Shown: positions 37,747 to 50,339 of the stretch, piece after piece
Layout of the letters: each line of letters begins with the position of its first letter
Numbering within the stretch: position 1 is the stretch's first letter
NCBI RefSeq assembly: GCF_964188315.1
Contig: NC_135666.1
Coordinates: 35,092,001 to 35,156,000 of the forward strand
DNA: 64,000 nucleotides
Reading direction: 5' to 3'
Source of the DNA: Podarcis muralis
Taxonomy: Eukaryota
The notes under the pieces: generated by a model
Seen by the model: only the letters and a program-made list of their open reading frames with translations
The model's database searches: none
What the model was told of the DNA's origin: nothing
Translations under genes and position numbers: made by a program

Positions 37747-38742
37747 GGACCTCAGCGCTGGACCTAATAATTCCATTTATAGCCTGCTTTCGCTTCCAAA
37801 TGAGGAATTTGCCTCTATGTAAATATAGCAGTCTTAAGATGCTTAAGGAAACCTTGATAATATTGTTCTTAGTAACCTAGATACACACAAAAAAACCACT
37901 GGATTCAGACCCTGCAATTTAACCTCTATATTTCAGAACTAGGCTCACATAATATTTTCTAAGTACTCTAGAGTACCTTCTATCTTCTCCATACCCCAGT
38001 AGCACCGTTCAGGCATGCTGAGAATTATGGTGCAGTAACCCTTCCCTAACTGTGAAGTCAACGCACTGATGCCAGCCTGTGATAATAGATAACTATAATC
38101 ACCAGAACAAACTGGGGAAGAGAGTAGGAGAAATGATTGCCTTCATGAAGTGCCACTATACATCAATGAAGCATCTTCACCTGATAAGCCACCCACTTGT
38201 CACTCACAGCAGCCTTCAAAAAATTAAGCTTGAATAGCTCTCAAACCAACTGGCCTCCCCATGCATCATTATAATCCATTTGTGCCAGCACATACATGGG
38301 GAATTGGGGGTATACCTGCATTGGCTAATGCCATTATTTCGCTACTTGCAGTACATCTCACGCAGGGTTTCTGCAGACACATATTCACTGGAGGGGCCCT
38401 GCAATGGACCTTGCTCATACACCCAGATTATGTCCCAGCAGGCTTGTTTGTGGCTAATAAATCACTGATACCCTAAATTCCGGGCTTATTCAAGTACTGC
38501 CAGAGCGGTACGAGAACAACTTCTGGGTGGCTGGATCCCACATCCCCATGTAATGTATAGCGGGGGAAACATGGAACAAACAATATAACTTCAGTCCGAT
38601 GCCTTAGCTTAGCACTATCTCCTTAGCTTAGCGTTCTCCATAGTTATACAAGGCCAAGTAGAATTTAGCATGGGTTTTCTTCCAAACAAGTGATTAATCT
38701 ATACCACCTAAGGTGGCATGTAAATAAATAAATAATGATAAT

Positions 38743-38945
38743 TCTGGTGGTTCCCTCCCCACGAGAAGTGAAGCTACAGGGAACCAGGCAGAGGGCCTTC
38801 TCAGTGGTGGCACCCGCCCTGTGGAATGCCCTCCCATCAGATGTCAAGGATGTTAAAAAAATGTTTTTAATATTCTGTTGGGAGCCGCCCAGAGCGGCTG
38901 GGGAAACCCAGCCAGATGGGCGAGGTATAAATAATAAATTTAATA
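38743..38945 (+). mobile_element. L2 LINE 3' fragment
   Basis: Encodes EVKLQGTRQRAFSVVAPALWNALP (L2-clade C-terminal motif), followed by the shared tail. Confidence 0.85.
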
Positions 38946-40084
38946 TTTACTTATTCATTCATTCATTCTTCACAGCTAAAATATTCTGGTATAAGGCAAT
39001 CTCAGTTCATAAACTAAGATAGGGCCAGGTCTTATGGCCGGATCAAAGTGACTGCATAGAATAGACTGGGAAATTGATTAAGAAACAGAGACACTGACAG
39101 AGAAGAGAGAAGGTTGCATCTAGAGAGCATGGTGATAAAATGATTGTCTTCTCCATTACATTTCAGATATAGCACCCTGCAGTTCTTTTTCCAGTTAAGC
39201 ATCTTTACATCCTGTGGATTTAAACTGGAGAATGAAGCACAAGGCTGTATTTTCCTCTTAAAATGAATTGGGCTTAAAATGCTTAACTATGGCAAGATTG
39301 TGCTTCGGTTATTTTCTTAGTTTAGGGAACAAGAAAAGAGGTATCGTCAATTGAGATTATGGGTCATGAAAGTCTGAAGTGCTTTAATGTTTCATGATAA
39401 CTATTATTTTTATATATTTGCAGGCTTTGCTTTATTCACCTGTAACAATAGTAATAAAATACGTGTTTTCAACTTTTCTTGCGTGGAAGTTTTAGGGGCT
39501 AAGCAAGAGCATGTCACTGTGATATATTAAAGGTCTACTTTGAATTTCTTTCACTGAGAAATAAATTTATTAAAAGTCAAGTTACGAAGCTCTCCTATTC
39601 TTTGCTTATTTATGGAGCCAGAAATTCTATGTATGGGGGGGGGGAACAATCAGTAAGAAAAATAAACAACATGGATTATTTAACTCGGGCGAATGTCAGT
39701 TACTTACAATTTGCAATCTTTATTCCAGTATAAAGTTAAAACTATGCCCACTTACCTGGGAGTAAGACCCACTGGACTCAGTAGGATTTACTTCTCGGAA
39801 GACATGTATAGAATATTGTGCCAATATATGCTTTTTCAAACCCGCAAGAAGCTGTTATGTCAATTATCTGCTCCAAGGACTGTCACTCAATTGCAGTGCC
39901 ATAGGTCTTAGAGATATTAAAATCTCGGATGGTGGTGATTTTGCATAGTGTTGCATGGAAAGGCAGAGTGGCTGTGATCAGGAGTTTGTTTTGATGACAT
40001 AAAATACTCTGGGTACTAAATGATGCCAGTAGCAGAAATATAAAAGCAAACAAAAAATAAAACATAGCTAACTAATAATTTGAG

Positions 40085-40180
40085 GTCAGCTGGCTCCCTC
40101 AGCCAATAAAGCGAGATGAGTGCCGCAACCCCAGTCGGTCACGACTGGACCTAATGGTCAGGGGTCCCTTTACCTTTACT
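40085..40180 (+). mobile_element. Sauria SINE 3' fragment
   Basis: ggctccctcagccaataaagcgagatgagtgccgcaacc...ggggtccctttacctttac. Confidence 0.85.
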
Positions 40181-40311
40181 AGCTTCTTAGTCTCAAACTT
40201 TAGGGCTTACCTTTCTAACTGCCTTCAGGCTCAAGCGCCCCTAGAATTTAGTTTAACGCCATCTTTGTCAGGTTTGCCATGCTTCTGCCAAACATGGATT
40301 TCCTAGTTTTT

Positions 40312-40657
40312 GGGAAGCACTGTGGGTTAAACCACAGAATCTAGGACTTGTCGATCAGAAGGTCAGCGGTTCGAATCCCCTCGACGGGGTGAGCTCCCAT
40401 TGCTCTGTCCCAGATCCTGCTAACCTAGCAGTTTGAAAGCATGTCAAAGTGCAAGTAGATAAATAGGTACCACTCCGGCGGGAAGGTAAACGGCGTTTCT
40501 GTGCGCTGCTCTGGTTTGCCAGAAGCGGCTTAGTCATGCTGGCCACATGACCCGGAAGCGGTACGCCTGCTCCCTCAGCCAATAAAGCGAGATGAGCGCC
40601 GCAACCCCAGAGTCGGCCACAACTGGACCTAATGGTCAGGGGTCCCTTTACCTTTAC
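40312..40657 (+). mobile_element. Sauria SINE, near full length
   Basis: Head ctgtgggttaaaccacag...gttcgaatcccc, body and tail. Confidence 0.9.
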
Positions 40658-42398
40658 GGTTGTGGTTCCAGCAACAGAACTTCTCCCATCAACACCATCT
40701 ACATAGCCATTCGTTCCCTGCAAAACTGATGAAAACACCTCATGTCGCCACCTCGTATACCCTTATATCCTGGAACATCTTATTCACAGCCATGCCTGGT
40801 GGTGTCATTTATTCTCACATGGACGAACAACATATGATAGGTCTGGGCAAGTTGGGCTTCACAACCTGGATCTGCAGACTGGGGAGACAGCAAGCTTAAC
40901 ACAGCACAATTGGGAATAACCAGTCACCACCATGGTTCTCCGCCTGCTCCTCTGGCAGTGGTTGAGCCACTTCTTTCCCTGAAAGGCCAAGAGTCTTCTT
41001 TTGCACTTAGTTGAGCTTTCTGTAGCTGTTCTCCATCAGGATCCTCAAAGCCACCCTCACTGGAAATATATTAAGGCACAGTTCTGTTTCTGACCAACCA
41101 CTCGCTTCCATGCAGTTTCTTCCCCCTTGTGGTTCTCAAGAACTCTTCACTTTCCTTTCAAGAAGTCCTCATCTGATGAGGCCATGTGTGGAAACTTGCT
41201 TCTTACTTGGCCTCATCAGAGAAAATGAGGATACAGTTTCACTTGGAAGTCATGAAGGTGGTTCCTGTATAGAATGTGCATGACGCTGCAGGCTTTCTTG
41301 TCCCAGAAGCATGGAAGTTCCACTAGGGATACATGGAACTACCTGTCTGTATGGCCTTGGCCATTTATTTAAATGGAGGAAGCAAATCATCAAGCGCATT
41401 CCTTCATGCATAAAGATGTTCCATTGAATGGAATGGAAACAGTACTCCTGCGTATCCTTTCTGTATGTACTGGAGTGCAGATGAGGCTCTGAAAGAGGTG
41501 TGTGGCTAACAATTTTAATTTATTTTATTAAATGTAATTTTCAGGGTCAAGGGGAGTGAAAAGGGTAAAATTCTCACTTTAATTGGGCAGGGATTCTAAA
41601 TCATTTCCCCTGGTTTTCTGTTTTGTATAACTGAACAAAGATTTTGCTCAACATTTTACTATATTAAACACGTCCATGATGTTAGTAAGTATTGTGGTAA
41701 TCAATTGAGGAAGGGGGGATGCTGTATAAGAGTAATTATGCTTTTACTCTCCCGTGAAAGCTCACAAAGCATCGTTCTGTACAAGATCATTAGCAGAAAG
41801 GATGGGAAATAAAATAGTCTTCCTGTTACATGATGCAGTTTATGAAAATATCCCTAGACAATTCATTAGTTTTAAGCTGACATGAAAATCAATTAATTTT
41901 AATAGGGAATAACAGATTATGTGTTTAATAATTCATCTAATTTCATGAGGCAAAGCAAATTAGACAATGCAGTGTAAATCTAATAACAGTTCTCACCACA
42001 TAATTCGACTGTTTGTCAAGAGTAAAGCTTAGTAACTCATCAAGAATTAAGCACGTAGCCATGCAAAAAATTAATTGTGTGTAAACTGAATGACAATTTT
42101 ATAAACTCCAAAGGCTGCAGGTACAGAGTAGCCATATATTTTAAACTCTTTGAAATTTGTTGTTTTAAACACAAAAAGATGTATTTTAATTTAAAAAAAA
42201 ACACAAATTAATAATCAGGGTGGGGAAACGTTTCTTACATTTTCAGCTTATGAGTTAAGACTTCCTGCTAAGCAAACAGCTGTATGAAAATTAGGCTGAA
42301 ATCCTACCCCCACTTATGTGGAAGTAAGCGCTACTATATTCAACAGGATTCACTTCTGAGTTAATTTAGGGTCATACTAATAGTCTATGTTCTATATA

Positions 42399-42527
42399 CA
42401 GGTGTGCGGGGAACCTTTAGTCCTCCAGATGCTGCTGAAGTACAACTCCCATCAGCCCCAGCAAGCACAGCCAATGGCCAGGGATGATGCAAGCCACATC
42501 TGGAGGGCCAAAACTTCTCCACACTTG
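42399..42527. mobile_element. hAT-type palindromic MITE (URR1-like)
   Basis: caggtgtgcggggaac / ttctccacacttg termini; ttctata on both flanks; related to 152-287. Confidence 0.7.
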
Positions 42528-42557
42528 TTCTATAGTCATGAAACAATAGTACCTGGA

Positions 42558-43742
42558 TGTCAGGGACTGGCTGGACACTAAGGAGTGAATGGTGGCCAGA
42601 TACTGATGAGAGGGCACTGTGAGAAGGGGGGTTGGAGACCGACTTGGAATAAGGGATCAGTGAACTGGGGGAACCTGTAACAGCCAGGAGACAAGAGTCA
42701 GAAGCAAGAGAAGCTGCAGGATTGGGGAGTGAAGCACAGGTGCAGGAGGAGGGAGAGATAGCTCAGACTGGTGTGAAGTCAAGGGCTTTCACACCTCCTT
42801 CTCCTGCACAATTGTCCCAGGCAGTACAGTCTTTAGCATATGCGCTGCCGGGGTGGAAAGATCTGCCCAGCACCCCCAAATTAGCCCCTAAATTAACTTT
42901 TATTATGCTTATATCAGACACCATGCTTGCGCCTTATCTCTTGATTATGAAAGAAGCGAGGAAAAAGAAACAAACTTATTTATTTGCTCATTTATTTACA
43001 ATACACTTATACTTAAGTATACAACACCACCACACTTAAACTAATTAGTATCGTTTAGGCACCTACTTAGGAGAAACATCAGTCGTGTCAAAGGTGCCGC
43101 TGACCCTGCTGCCGCATAGCAGCGCCGCTCAATACAATACGTAACATAAAATTTTGATGTAAGAGTTAATTTCGCGTGCACGGGGCCGTTGAGAATGACA
43201 AGCATCGCCGCTGGCGTGGCGCGTCTTTGGTAAATGAGCACACAAAGTCAAAAGTCCTTTAGTGAAACAGTACGTATACATTTCGGTAATATCTGGGTAT
43301 ATATGTATTTTGTTTTTATAGCTTGATCAAAATTATTTATTATTTCCTAACAGGTAGATAGTTAAGAGCTTAGGCAGCTTCAGTGATGGGCACCTGGCAC
43401 CCCCCAGAATTCGGTGCCCGGGTGCCCCGCACCCCTTTCACCCCCAGGTAAAGACAGCCCTGGTCCCAGGACCAGGCAAGGACTGAAGCGGAAGAAGCAG
43501 AAACAGGTTACACACAAACATAGTCTTTGCCTGTTTGTGTGCAGCTCAGGTGGGGGAGATACATAAGAAGAGTTGGGGGGGAAGCTCTCTGTTGCGGCAA
43601 CTGCCTCATCAGGTGCACACCTAGAAGTAGCTGAGAGACTTAGGACGGATGGACCTGCCTTTTTATAACTTGTAAGTGTGCTTTTGATAATAAAGAGTTA
43701 ATTCCTCACACTGGACATTCCTTGCCCGACGGCATGGTGACA
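42558..43742 (+). mobile_element. Solo LTR (Gypsy/ERV-like), interrupted by a hAT element
   Basis: tgtca...tgaca termini; flanks tgga/ggga (4 bp, 1 mismatch); ttttataa TATA-like box and aataaa near the 3' end; about 536 bp once the insert is removed. Confidence 0.65.
42822..43462. mobile_element. Non-autonomous hAT-type element, 641 bp
   Basis: Perfect 8-bp TSD gtcccagg (42814-42821, 43463-43470); imperfect TIR cagtacagtctttag / gtaaagacagccctg. Confidence 0.75.
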
Positions 43743-44269
43743 GGGAATTGGGGGGGGGGGAGCACCAAGCAATTTGGAGCAGAGCGAAGTGCTGTTTACC
43801 ATATTAAAATATTTTATTTGGAGGGAAAGTTCAACTCACTGAATCACCATTTATTCTTGTTTTAGAGAATGCCTGAATGGACAGAAGACAAAATCATAGT
43901 GGGCTGGTCACTATCGACACACATCAGAAAAGAATAGATGAAGTGCTTGGTTACGTGTATGTTATGCACCAATCCTGAAACCCAGACAAACCTGACTATA
44001 TCTGGGAAAACGCAAGTGTCACTAAATAAAGATGAGAATGTTGCTGCCATGTCTGAAATATTAGATGGCTGGGCACTGCTTGTTGCCCCAGCCCCATACA
44101 GATATTATGTCCAGCGTAGGCATTTCTATATTCTCGCTTTTACACATCAAGAAATGTACATATTTCCGAGTTTCTTACCCCCAAATATCCATGTATACAT
44201 GCTTTTATTTGTTTGTTTAAATTTTATACTCCTTAATATGATAAAAATGTCTCTAAGCAGTCAACACAA

Positions 44270-44530
44270 AGACAATAAAAATACAACACTCAATAAAATG
44301 TCCTAAAAACTAGATTAAAACCAAAATGCAACGGTACGTCACAAATAAAACTGAGGGGTGTACAAATAAAATTTGTACAGAGTTGGGAGTCCAAGAACTC
44401 TTGGGTAAACAGAGAAGCTTTAAGAGGCATTTAACGGTCATTACTGTCTCCACCTCACAAATTACCCAATTTTGGAAGATGGGGGCTAGCACTGAGAAGG
44501 CCCACTTCTGCATTATCATCAAGTGACAGT
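44270..44530 (-). mobile_element. Older L2 3' fragment
   Basis: ggggctagcactgagaaggcccacttc resembles the L2 RAFSV motif region in reverse, preceded by an A-rich tail. Confidence 0.5.
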
Positions 44531-44753
44531 CCTCTCACTGGTTGTGGAACTCCTCATAAAATCTTAAAGATTGGCCTAGTTATGTACCTGGGGAATGTAG
44601 TCTGCTAGGTAAGAAATAATAATAATAATAATAATAATAATTGCTTGTGGAAGGGGGGTTATTGCTTTATTTTTGTTTTATTATGTATTTTGTATTCTCA
44701 CTTTGTATTTTTCTGTTGTGAACTGTCTTCAGATCTTTGGATGAAGGGCAGTA

Positions 44754-45010
44754 CAGTGGTACCTCAGGTTAAGTACTTAATTCGTTCCGGAGGTCTGTTC
44801 TTAACCTGAAGCACCACTTTAGCTAATGGGGCCTCCCGCTGCCGCTGTGCCACCAGAGCACGATTTCTGTTCTCATCCTGAAGCAAAGTTCTTAACCCGA
44901 GGTACTATTTCTGGGTTAGCGGAGTCTGTAATCTGAAGCATATGTAACCTGAAGCATATGTAACCTGAAGCATATGTAACCTGAAGCGTATGTAACCCGA
45001 GGTACCACTG
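44754..45010. mobile_element. TcMar-Tigger-like MITE
   Basis: TIR cagtggtacctcaggttaa / taacccgaggtaccactg; TA TSD on both sides. Confidence 0.9.
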
Positions 45011-47796
45011 TATACAGACATATATTGGCGGGAGGGGGGCATTTGATAGAGAAGCTGAGGTTTCAGCCCAGTCCTGACAGAAAATGATAATTACCATGGG
45101 GGGGGGCGGGAATTGAATATTTTAGGGGAAGTGGCTGTTGGGAAGAGTAGGAAGGCATTATAATTTCCTTTTTGGGGGCCCAGCTTTTCCACAGACATGG
45201 CAGCAACCACATCTCTCCCTCTCTCTGGTCACATCTAACTGGGGTAATAAGGATTAAAGGAGAAGGAGGGAAAGGGGGAAACTGGAGAATCAGGCTGCTT
45301 GGCACTTACATTTAATGTGTCCTGTTAATCAGGAAGCAATAAGGGATGCTTGTGTGGTTGCCTGGCAACTGTATACAATGTCTCTCCGCCTCCCACAATT
45401 CCTCCACCCTTCCCTTTCCAGTTTAACTTTTGTGAATCCAGCCAGCATGAACATTACCTCACTTTAATTAAAAATGTCAATTGGGGAGAGAAAGGAGCAA
45501 TACCCCTCCCACAATCCTTCCATGCACAGTATCAGGGTCACCCCAAGTTATTTTGTTGCCTGAGGCAGAAAATGGTGATCCTCCCCAAGTTAAGCGACAC
45601 AGTATCGAAAGTAAGTCAGGAAATCCCACAAGCATCTCTTCTTGGGAGTAAAAACACAATAAAAATAAAATAAGCAAGTATCAATTTGCTGCCATTTCAT
45701 TACACTCAGCTGCCTGAAGCAGTCACCTTATTTTGCCTTATGACAGAGCCCAGCCTGCTCAGTGTTGCCCTGAGAGCTAACTCTGCAGCCTTTCCTGCAC
45801 CATATTCTGCCTGTGAGCTGATAGTTGCTATAATATAGCCTATGAATTAAAGTATAGCAACTGGAAATGCAAAACAGAAAAATTAATTCTAATATATTCA
45901 GTAGCTTACACTCATTTGTGAAAAAACACTGGCAAAGAGAAAGACACTTGATGGAAGTAGATATTAGGTTCATTATTCTTTTTGATCAAACTTTTGTTTG
46001 GTACAGAATATCGCTGGTTGGTTGGTTGTTAAAGAATAAAAGGAGAATTCCATGGATGCCTAGATCCAGGTTTGGGGCAAGTACTCTTTGGTGAGAGAGA
46101 TTTAAAATCACAAAGCATGCAGCAAAGTAAAGAGTGGAAATATAGACTGCTAGACCTTTAAAATATCCTCTTCTTAATCGCTTCAAAGGCTACTCATTTC
46201 CCTTAGCATGTTTGATAAGTTAAAAATGGTTTACTTACAAACTCTTCAAAGGTCAGATTCATGTGCATTTCCATACAGCAGCAAGAAAAGGCAGGCACTA
46301 CAACTTAGTTTCAAAAATGGCAAAGGTTTCTAAACTATTTGTATAGAAAAACAAAGATTGCTTGCTTAAGCCATGCGGTCTGGGCTTGGAGCAACCAGCC
46401 CAGACATCCTTATTGGTCAGTTCACATGGCAGGAAAGAGAGAGAATGAAGAATTTGGTAACCCTTCCTCCCCATGTGAGAGGGTGTGACCTAGCTATGCC
46501 TGACAGGATAGTTTACTCTATGGTCTTAACCTCTTCATGCATGAATTAGAGTTAAGCATGTTAGTTATAAGAAGCTGATTTACCCCACAAATGTCACTGT
46601 TGAGTGTGAAATATGAAAGAGGGGGCTGGAACCAAGGAGAGGGGCTTCTTAACATTTCTTCTCAGCAAAAATTTTTGGAAATTGAGGTTTGTTAAGGGTG
46701 ATGGGACACGTAGTTCTGTGAGGGGCGAACTACAGTTCCTAGGATTCTTTGGTGGGAGCCATGTGCTTTAAACGTACCGTGTATACACATCCTAAACATC
46801 ACAAACACACACACATAGTGCTTTTACATCCATTGGGGGAATATATGAATCCGCATACCACCTCCTGAACTGAGGTAAAAGCAGTTGGTGTGTATTTTTG
46901 GCAGGAAAATAGCCCAAGGGGAAAGGTTAATAAGCCCTTATCCCCATCCCCCATAGTTTCTCCCTTCAAATTGCAGCCTCAGTGGCTGCATTCCATTAAA
47001 AACAAACCTGTCCCTAAAAACAATAATGGCACTACATGCAGTGTGTCATTCTGCCATCAGTAAAATATCAAGTAATTCTTAGGTAACATAGCATGCGTTG
47101 CTTTTAATTCCACCATTTAAACAAATCTATTATTACAGGCTTGAGAGAAATGAGAAGATGTACGTGGAGCTTTCTGTTCAATTAAATTTTAAAAGAATTA
47201 TAGGTCAGTTTGAACAGAATTCTATTGATCCTCCTAGTTAATAAAGAGTTAAAAAATAAGCTGAGGGTGGTTTTTTTGTTTTTTTTTTTAAGTAAGTGCT
47301 CTAAAGGTGCTGGAAAGTGAAAGCAGAGTCTTAAGTGGTCATGTGGCTACTGCCATTCATCTTGGTAGTGACTATCTGTCAGAAGTGGCAAGAGCCCCTT
47401 GTTAACAGCCCTGACCTGTACAGTAATGAAGGGAGAGTGCACCGCAAAGTGTCCATTATCATGCAGTTGGGAGCAGTAAATTGGTGCCGTTTGCCTCAAT
47501 CTTGCAGCAAGTTGAGATGTAAGATAGTGGGGATCAGCAAGAGGCAATTTTTTCCTATGATCATTTATGTCAGATCACATCATAGCAGGAACTTAGTCAC
47601 ATTTGTGATTTCAATTAAACAGGTCTCCATGCTAAATAACCACTTCTGGAGAAGTGTGTTCTGGTTATCTATGAATGAGCAAGCAAACTCACCTGTTAAT
47701 ATTTAGACAAGAAGCAATGATGGGAGAAATAGGAAGCGCTAAGATGACAATCACGTAGACAAGTGCCACATTCCTTGGCCATATTCTTAGTTATCT

Positions 47797-48240
47797 CAGA
47801 CCCTCTAAGTGTCCCTATTTTCCAGGAGCAGTCTTGGATTTAGAGAAGCCATCCCAGTTTCTGATTTGATCCTGGTATGTCCCACTTTCCCTTAAAGGTA
47901 AAGGGACCCCTGACCATTAGGTCCAGTCGCGGACGACTCTGGGGTTGTGGCGCTCATCTCACTTTACTGGCTGAGGGAGCCGGCGTACAACTTCTGGGTC
48001 ATGTGGCCAGCATGACTAAGCCGCTTCTGGCGAACCAGAGCAGCGCACAGAAACACCGTATACCTTCCCTATTTATCTACTTGCACTTTGACGTGCTTTC
48101 GAACTGCTAGGTTGGCAGGAGCAGGGACCGAGCAACGGGAGCTCACCCCGTCGCGGGGATTCGAACCGCTGACCTTCTGATCAGCAAGCCCTAGGCTCTG
48201 GACGCCCCTATTTTCATCAGAAAAATGGTTGGAGGGTATG
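47797..48240. mobile_element. hAT-like MITE split by a Sauria SINE
   Basis: Termini cagaccctctaa / ttggagggtatg; agttat on both flanks; the halves join at ttccctta|gacgcccc. Confidence 0.65.
47894..48200 (-). mobile_element. Sauria SINE lacking the first ~25 nt
   Basis: Tail, body and most of the head on the minus strand. Confidence 0.9.
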
Positions 48241-48261
48241 GAGTTATGTAACCCCCTCAAG

Positions 48262-48432
48262 CCAAGGAGATAAGTAACAATACAACCTTGAGAAGACATC
48301 TGAAGGCAGCCCTGTATGGGGAAGTAGTTTTTTAAAAAATGTTTAATGTTGTATTATGTTTTTATATATGTTGGAAGCTGCCCAGAGTGGCTGGGGCTAC
48401 CCAGTCAGTTGGGTAGGGTATTATTATTATTA
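48262..48432 (+). mobile_element. L2 3' tail fragment
   Basis: agaagacatctgaaggcagccctg...gctgcccagagtggctggggc...(tta)n. Confidence 0.8.
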
Positions 48433-48537
48433 AGGAAATATTTTCATCAGATAAATGTTGGAGGTTATGTTATCTCTGTGTTTTACCCAACCTATCCATG
48501 TTTTCCTAGAAAGCATGGCGCAATGTCCATTGTATTA

Positions 48538-48710
48538 CATAGGAACATAGGAAGTGGTCTTATACTGTCAGACTGCTATTCCATCTAACTCAATGTTATT
48601 GACCTTGACTGGCAGCAGCACGCCAGTGTTTCAGATACAATTTTTTTCCTAAACCAACCAGGAGATGCTGGGAGATTCAAAGCAGATGTTCTACCACTGA
48701 GCTTCAGCCC
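48538..48710 (-). mobile_element. tRNA-Ala-like SINE with L2-type tail
   Basis: cataggaacataggaag tail; ctaccactgagcttcagccc head in reverse; same family as 11663-11872. Confidence 0.65.
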
Positions 48711-48833
48711 TAGGTTTGCCAGTGACTGCAATCTTAAAATACCTTTCTCTTTAAATGGGACAACTCAGGAATATCTATGGAGTGCTAAGTTTTGAGCAAA
48801 GGGGTATACTGATTTGAACTTAATAAAAAAAAC

Positions 48834-48893
48834 GGGAATCAAACCTGCAACCTTGGCATTATCAGCACATTGCTTTAACCAACTGAACTATGT
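48834..48893 (-). mobile_element. tRNA-Ile-like SINE head fragment
   Basis: Reverse complement of the head seen at 37-100 (gctgataatgccaaggttgcagg). Confidence 0.6.
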
Positions 48894-50339
48894 CCAAGTC
48901 AAACAGTCAGGCTAGGATACAATGGCTCCCAGTATCAAAGGACATTTAGGGGAATTTTATGCAAGAGACTTCCTAAATTGCTTGGATTTGCACACTTTCT
49001 GGGAAACAGTTTCAAGCCTTGATAAACAGGGAAAACCCGTAACATTGGCTGGGACAAGAAGAGCAATCCCAGGCCTTAAAATAGACCTTCCCTACCTATT
49101 GTGTTTATTGTGGGTCCCCTTAGTCTCCACAATCTGTTGATGGTGTAAATTGAGTGTTTTAAACCAATGCAAAGTGGCCAGGAATTTAGGAGAGGTTAAA
49201 AATAATTGTTGGTGTTATACACGTGGTGATTTTCTCTTGCATATTAGCCTGGCTGTTTTAAAAGCCTGTCATTATTGGGGGGGGGGGCAGGTTAGAACTT
49301 TGCAGCAGTACTCCCAAATAGAGTTTGTCACTACATAGGTAAATCTATCCATCCATCGCATGTCTGAATTTACATACACAAACTGACACGCACACCCCAC
49401 CTGCATTGTTCATTTCTTACTCCTCAAACCATCCATATTTCACAGAATGAATATTAATTAAAGAAGGAGAGAAGCAAATCTATTTTGGCACTGCACCACC
49501 AGTGCATCATTATGTATACAAAAATTTGTTTTCAACGCATAATTTCCCCACTTGCCAGCGGAGGTGTCTTCTGAACAGTTCCACCCCACCTTCCCCCTTG
49601 TCTGCTAGTTTCTCTTTTACTTCTTAAATTTTGCACATTGACAGAGTCAAAAACCATTATGTTAATAGAACACAAGCAAAATTGGGATTCCAGTATACCT
49701 GCTAGCAAAGGTCTCAAGGTCTGTTTTAGTAAGGAGCATATTTCTCCACAAAATAGGTTTCATTTGATAACCTATTATTTGGCTTTATAAAGCCTTTCCA
49801 TCATATTAGCAATTATTGATGAGGTTAAGTACACATTTCTTGAGAATTAAAGCTAAAATATCACACGCTATTAAATGCCCTCGATTTATGCTGCCAACAA
49901 AATTCTTATTAGACAAGGGTGGATACCATCTGTCAATCTCAGCGTAACTGTATAGCTCCACAGGTGAGATATTAAAGACATTGCTGAAGATGAGCCTCTC
50001 TCTTTTTTTTGCACAAAGTCTCTTCAGATATAAACGAAACGGAATTGTTATTTGTGCTCACTTGGCTGATAAGTACAACTTTAATTGTGGGGGGTTCTTC
50101 AGTTTGCTTCGCCACATTCAGATCCGTTCCAGACTGAATTAAACAGGTGGCATACCACCTGTACATAATGATTAACTTTGCTTATGCAATAATTTATGCA
50201 AAAATGCTTATCGAACCCTGATAGCTCCACATCTGCTACTAAAGTAGGATCTACTCTGGTGCGATACTTTCTTTTTTTAAAAAAACAAGATAGAATTGGG
50301 AGATGTTTATAGTGTTGCCAAGAGAAACGTTTAAAAACT

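Noticed and set aside
41165-41200. Hammerhead ribozyme at GTC...CTGATGAG...GAAAC
   Set aside because: Only 5 nt lie between the triplet and CUGA, so stem I cannot form, and the G10.1-C11.1 closing pair of stem II is absent (G precedes GAAA).
47335-47706. 123-aa plus ORF with a hydrophobic, signal-peptide-like start
   Set aside because: No recognisable homology, no promoter or splice support, and the length is within chance expectation for 64 kb.
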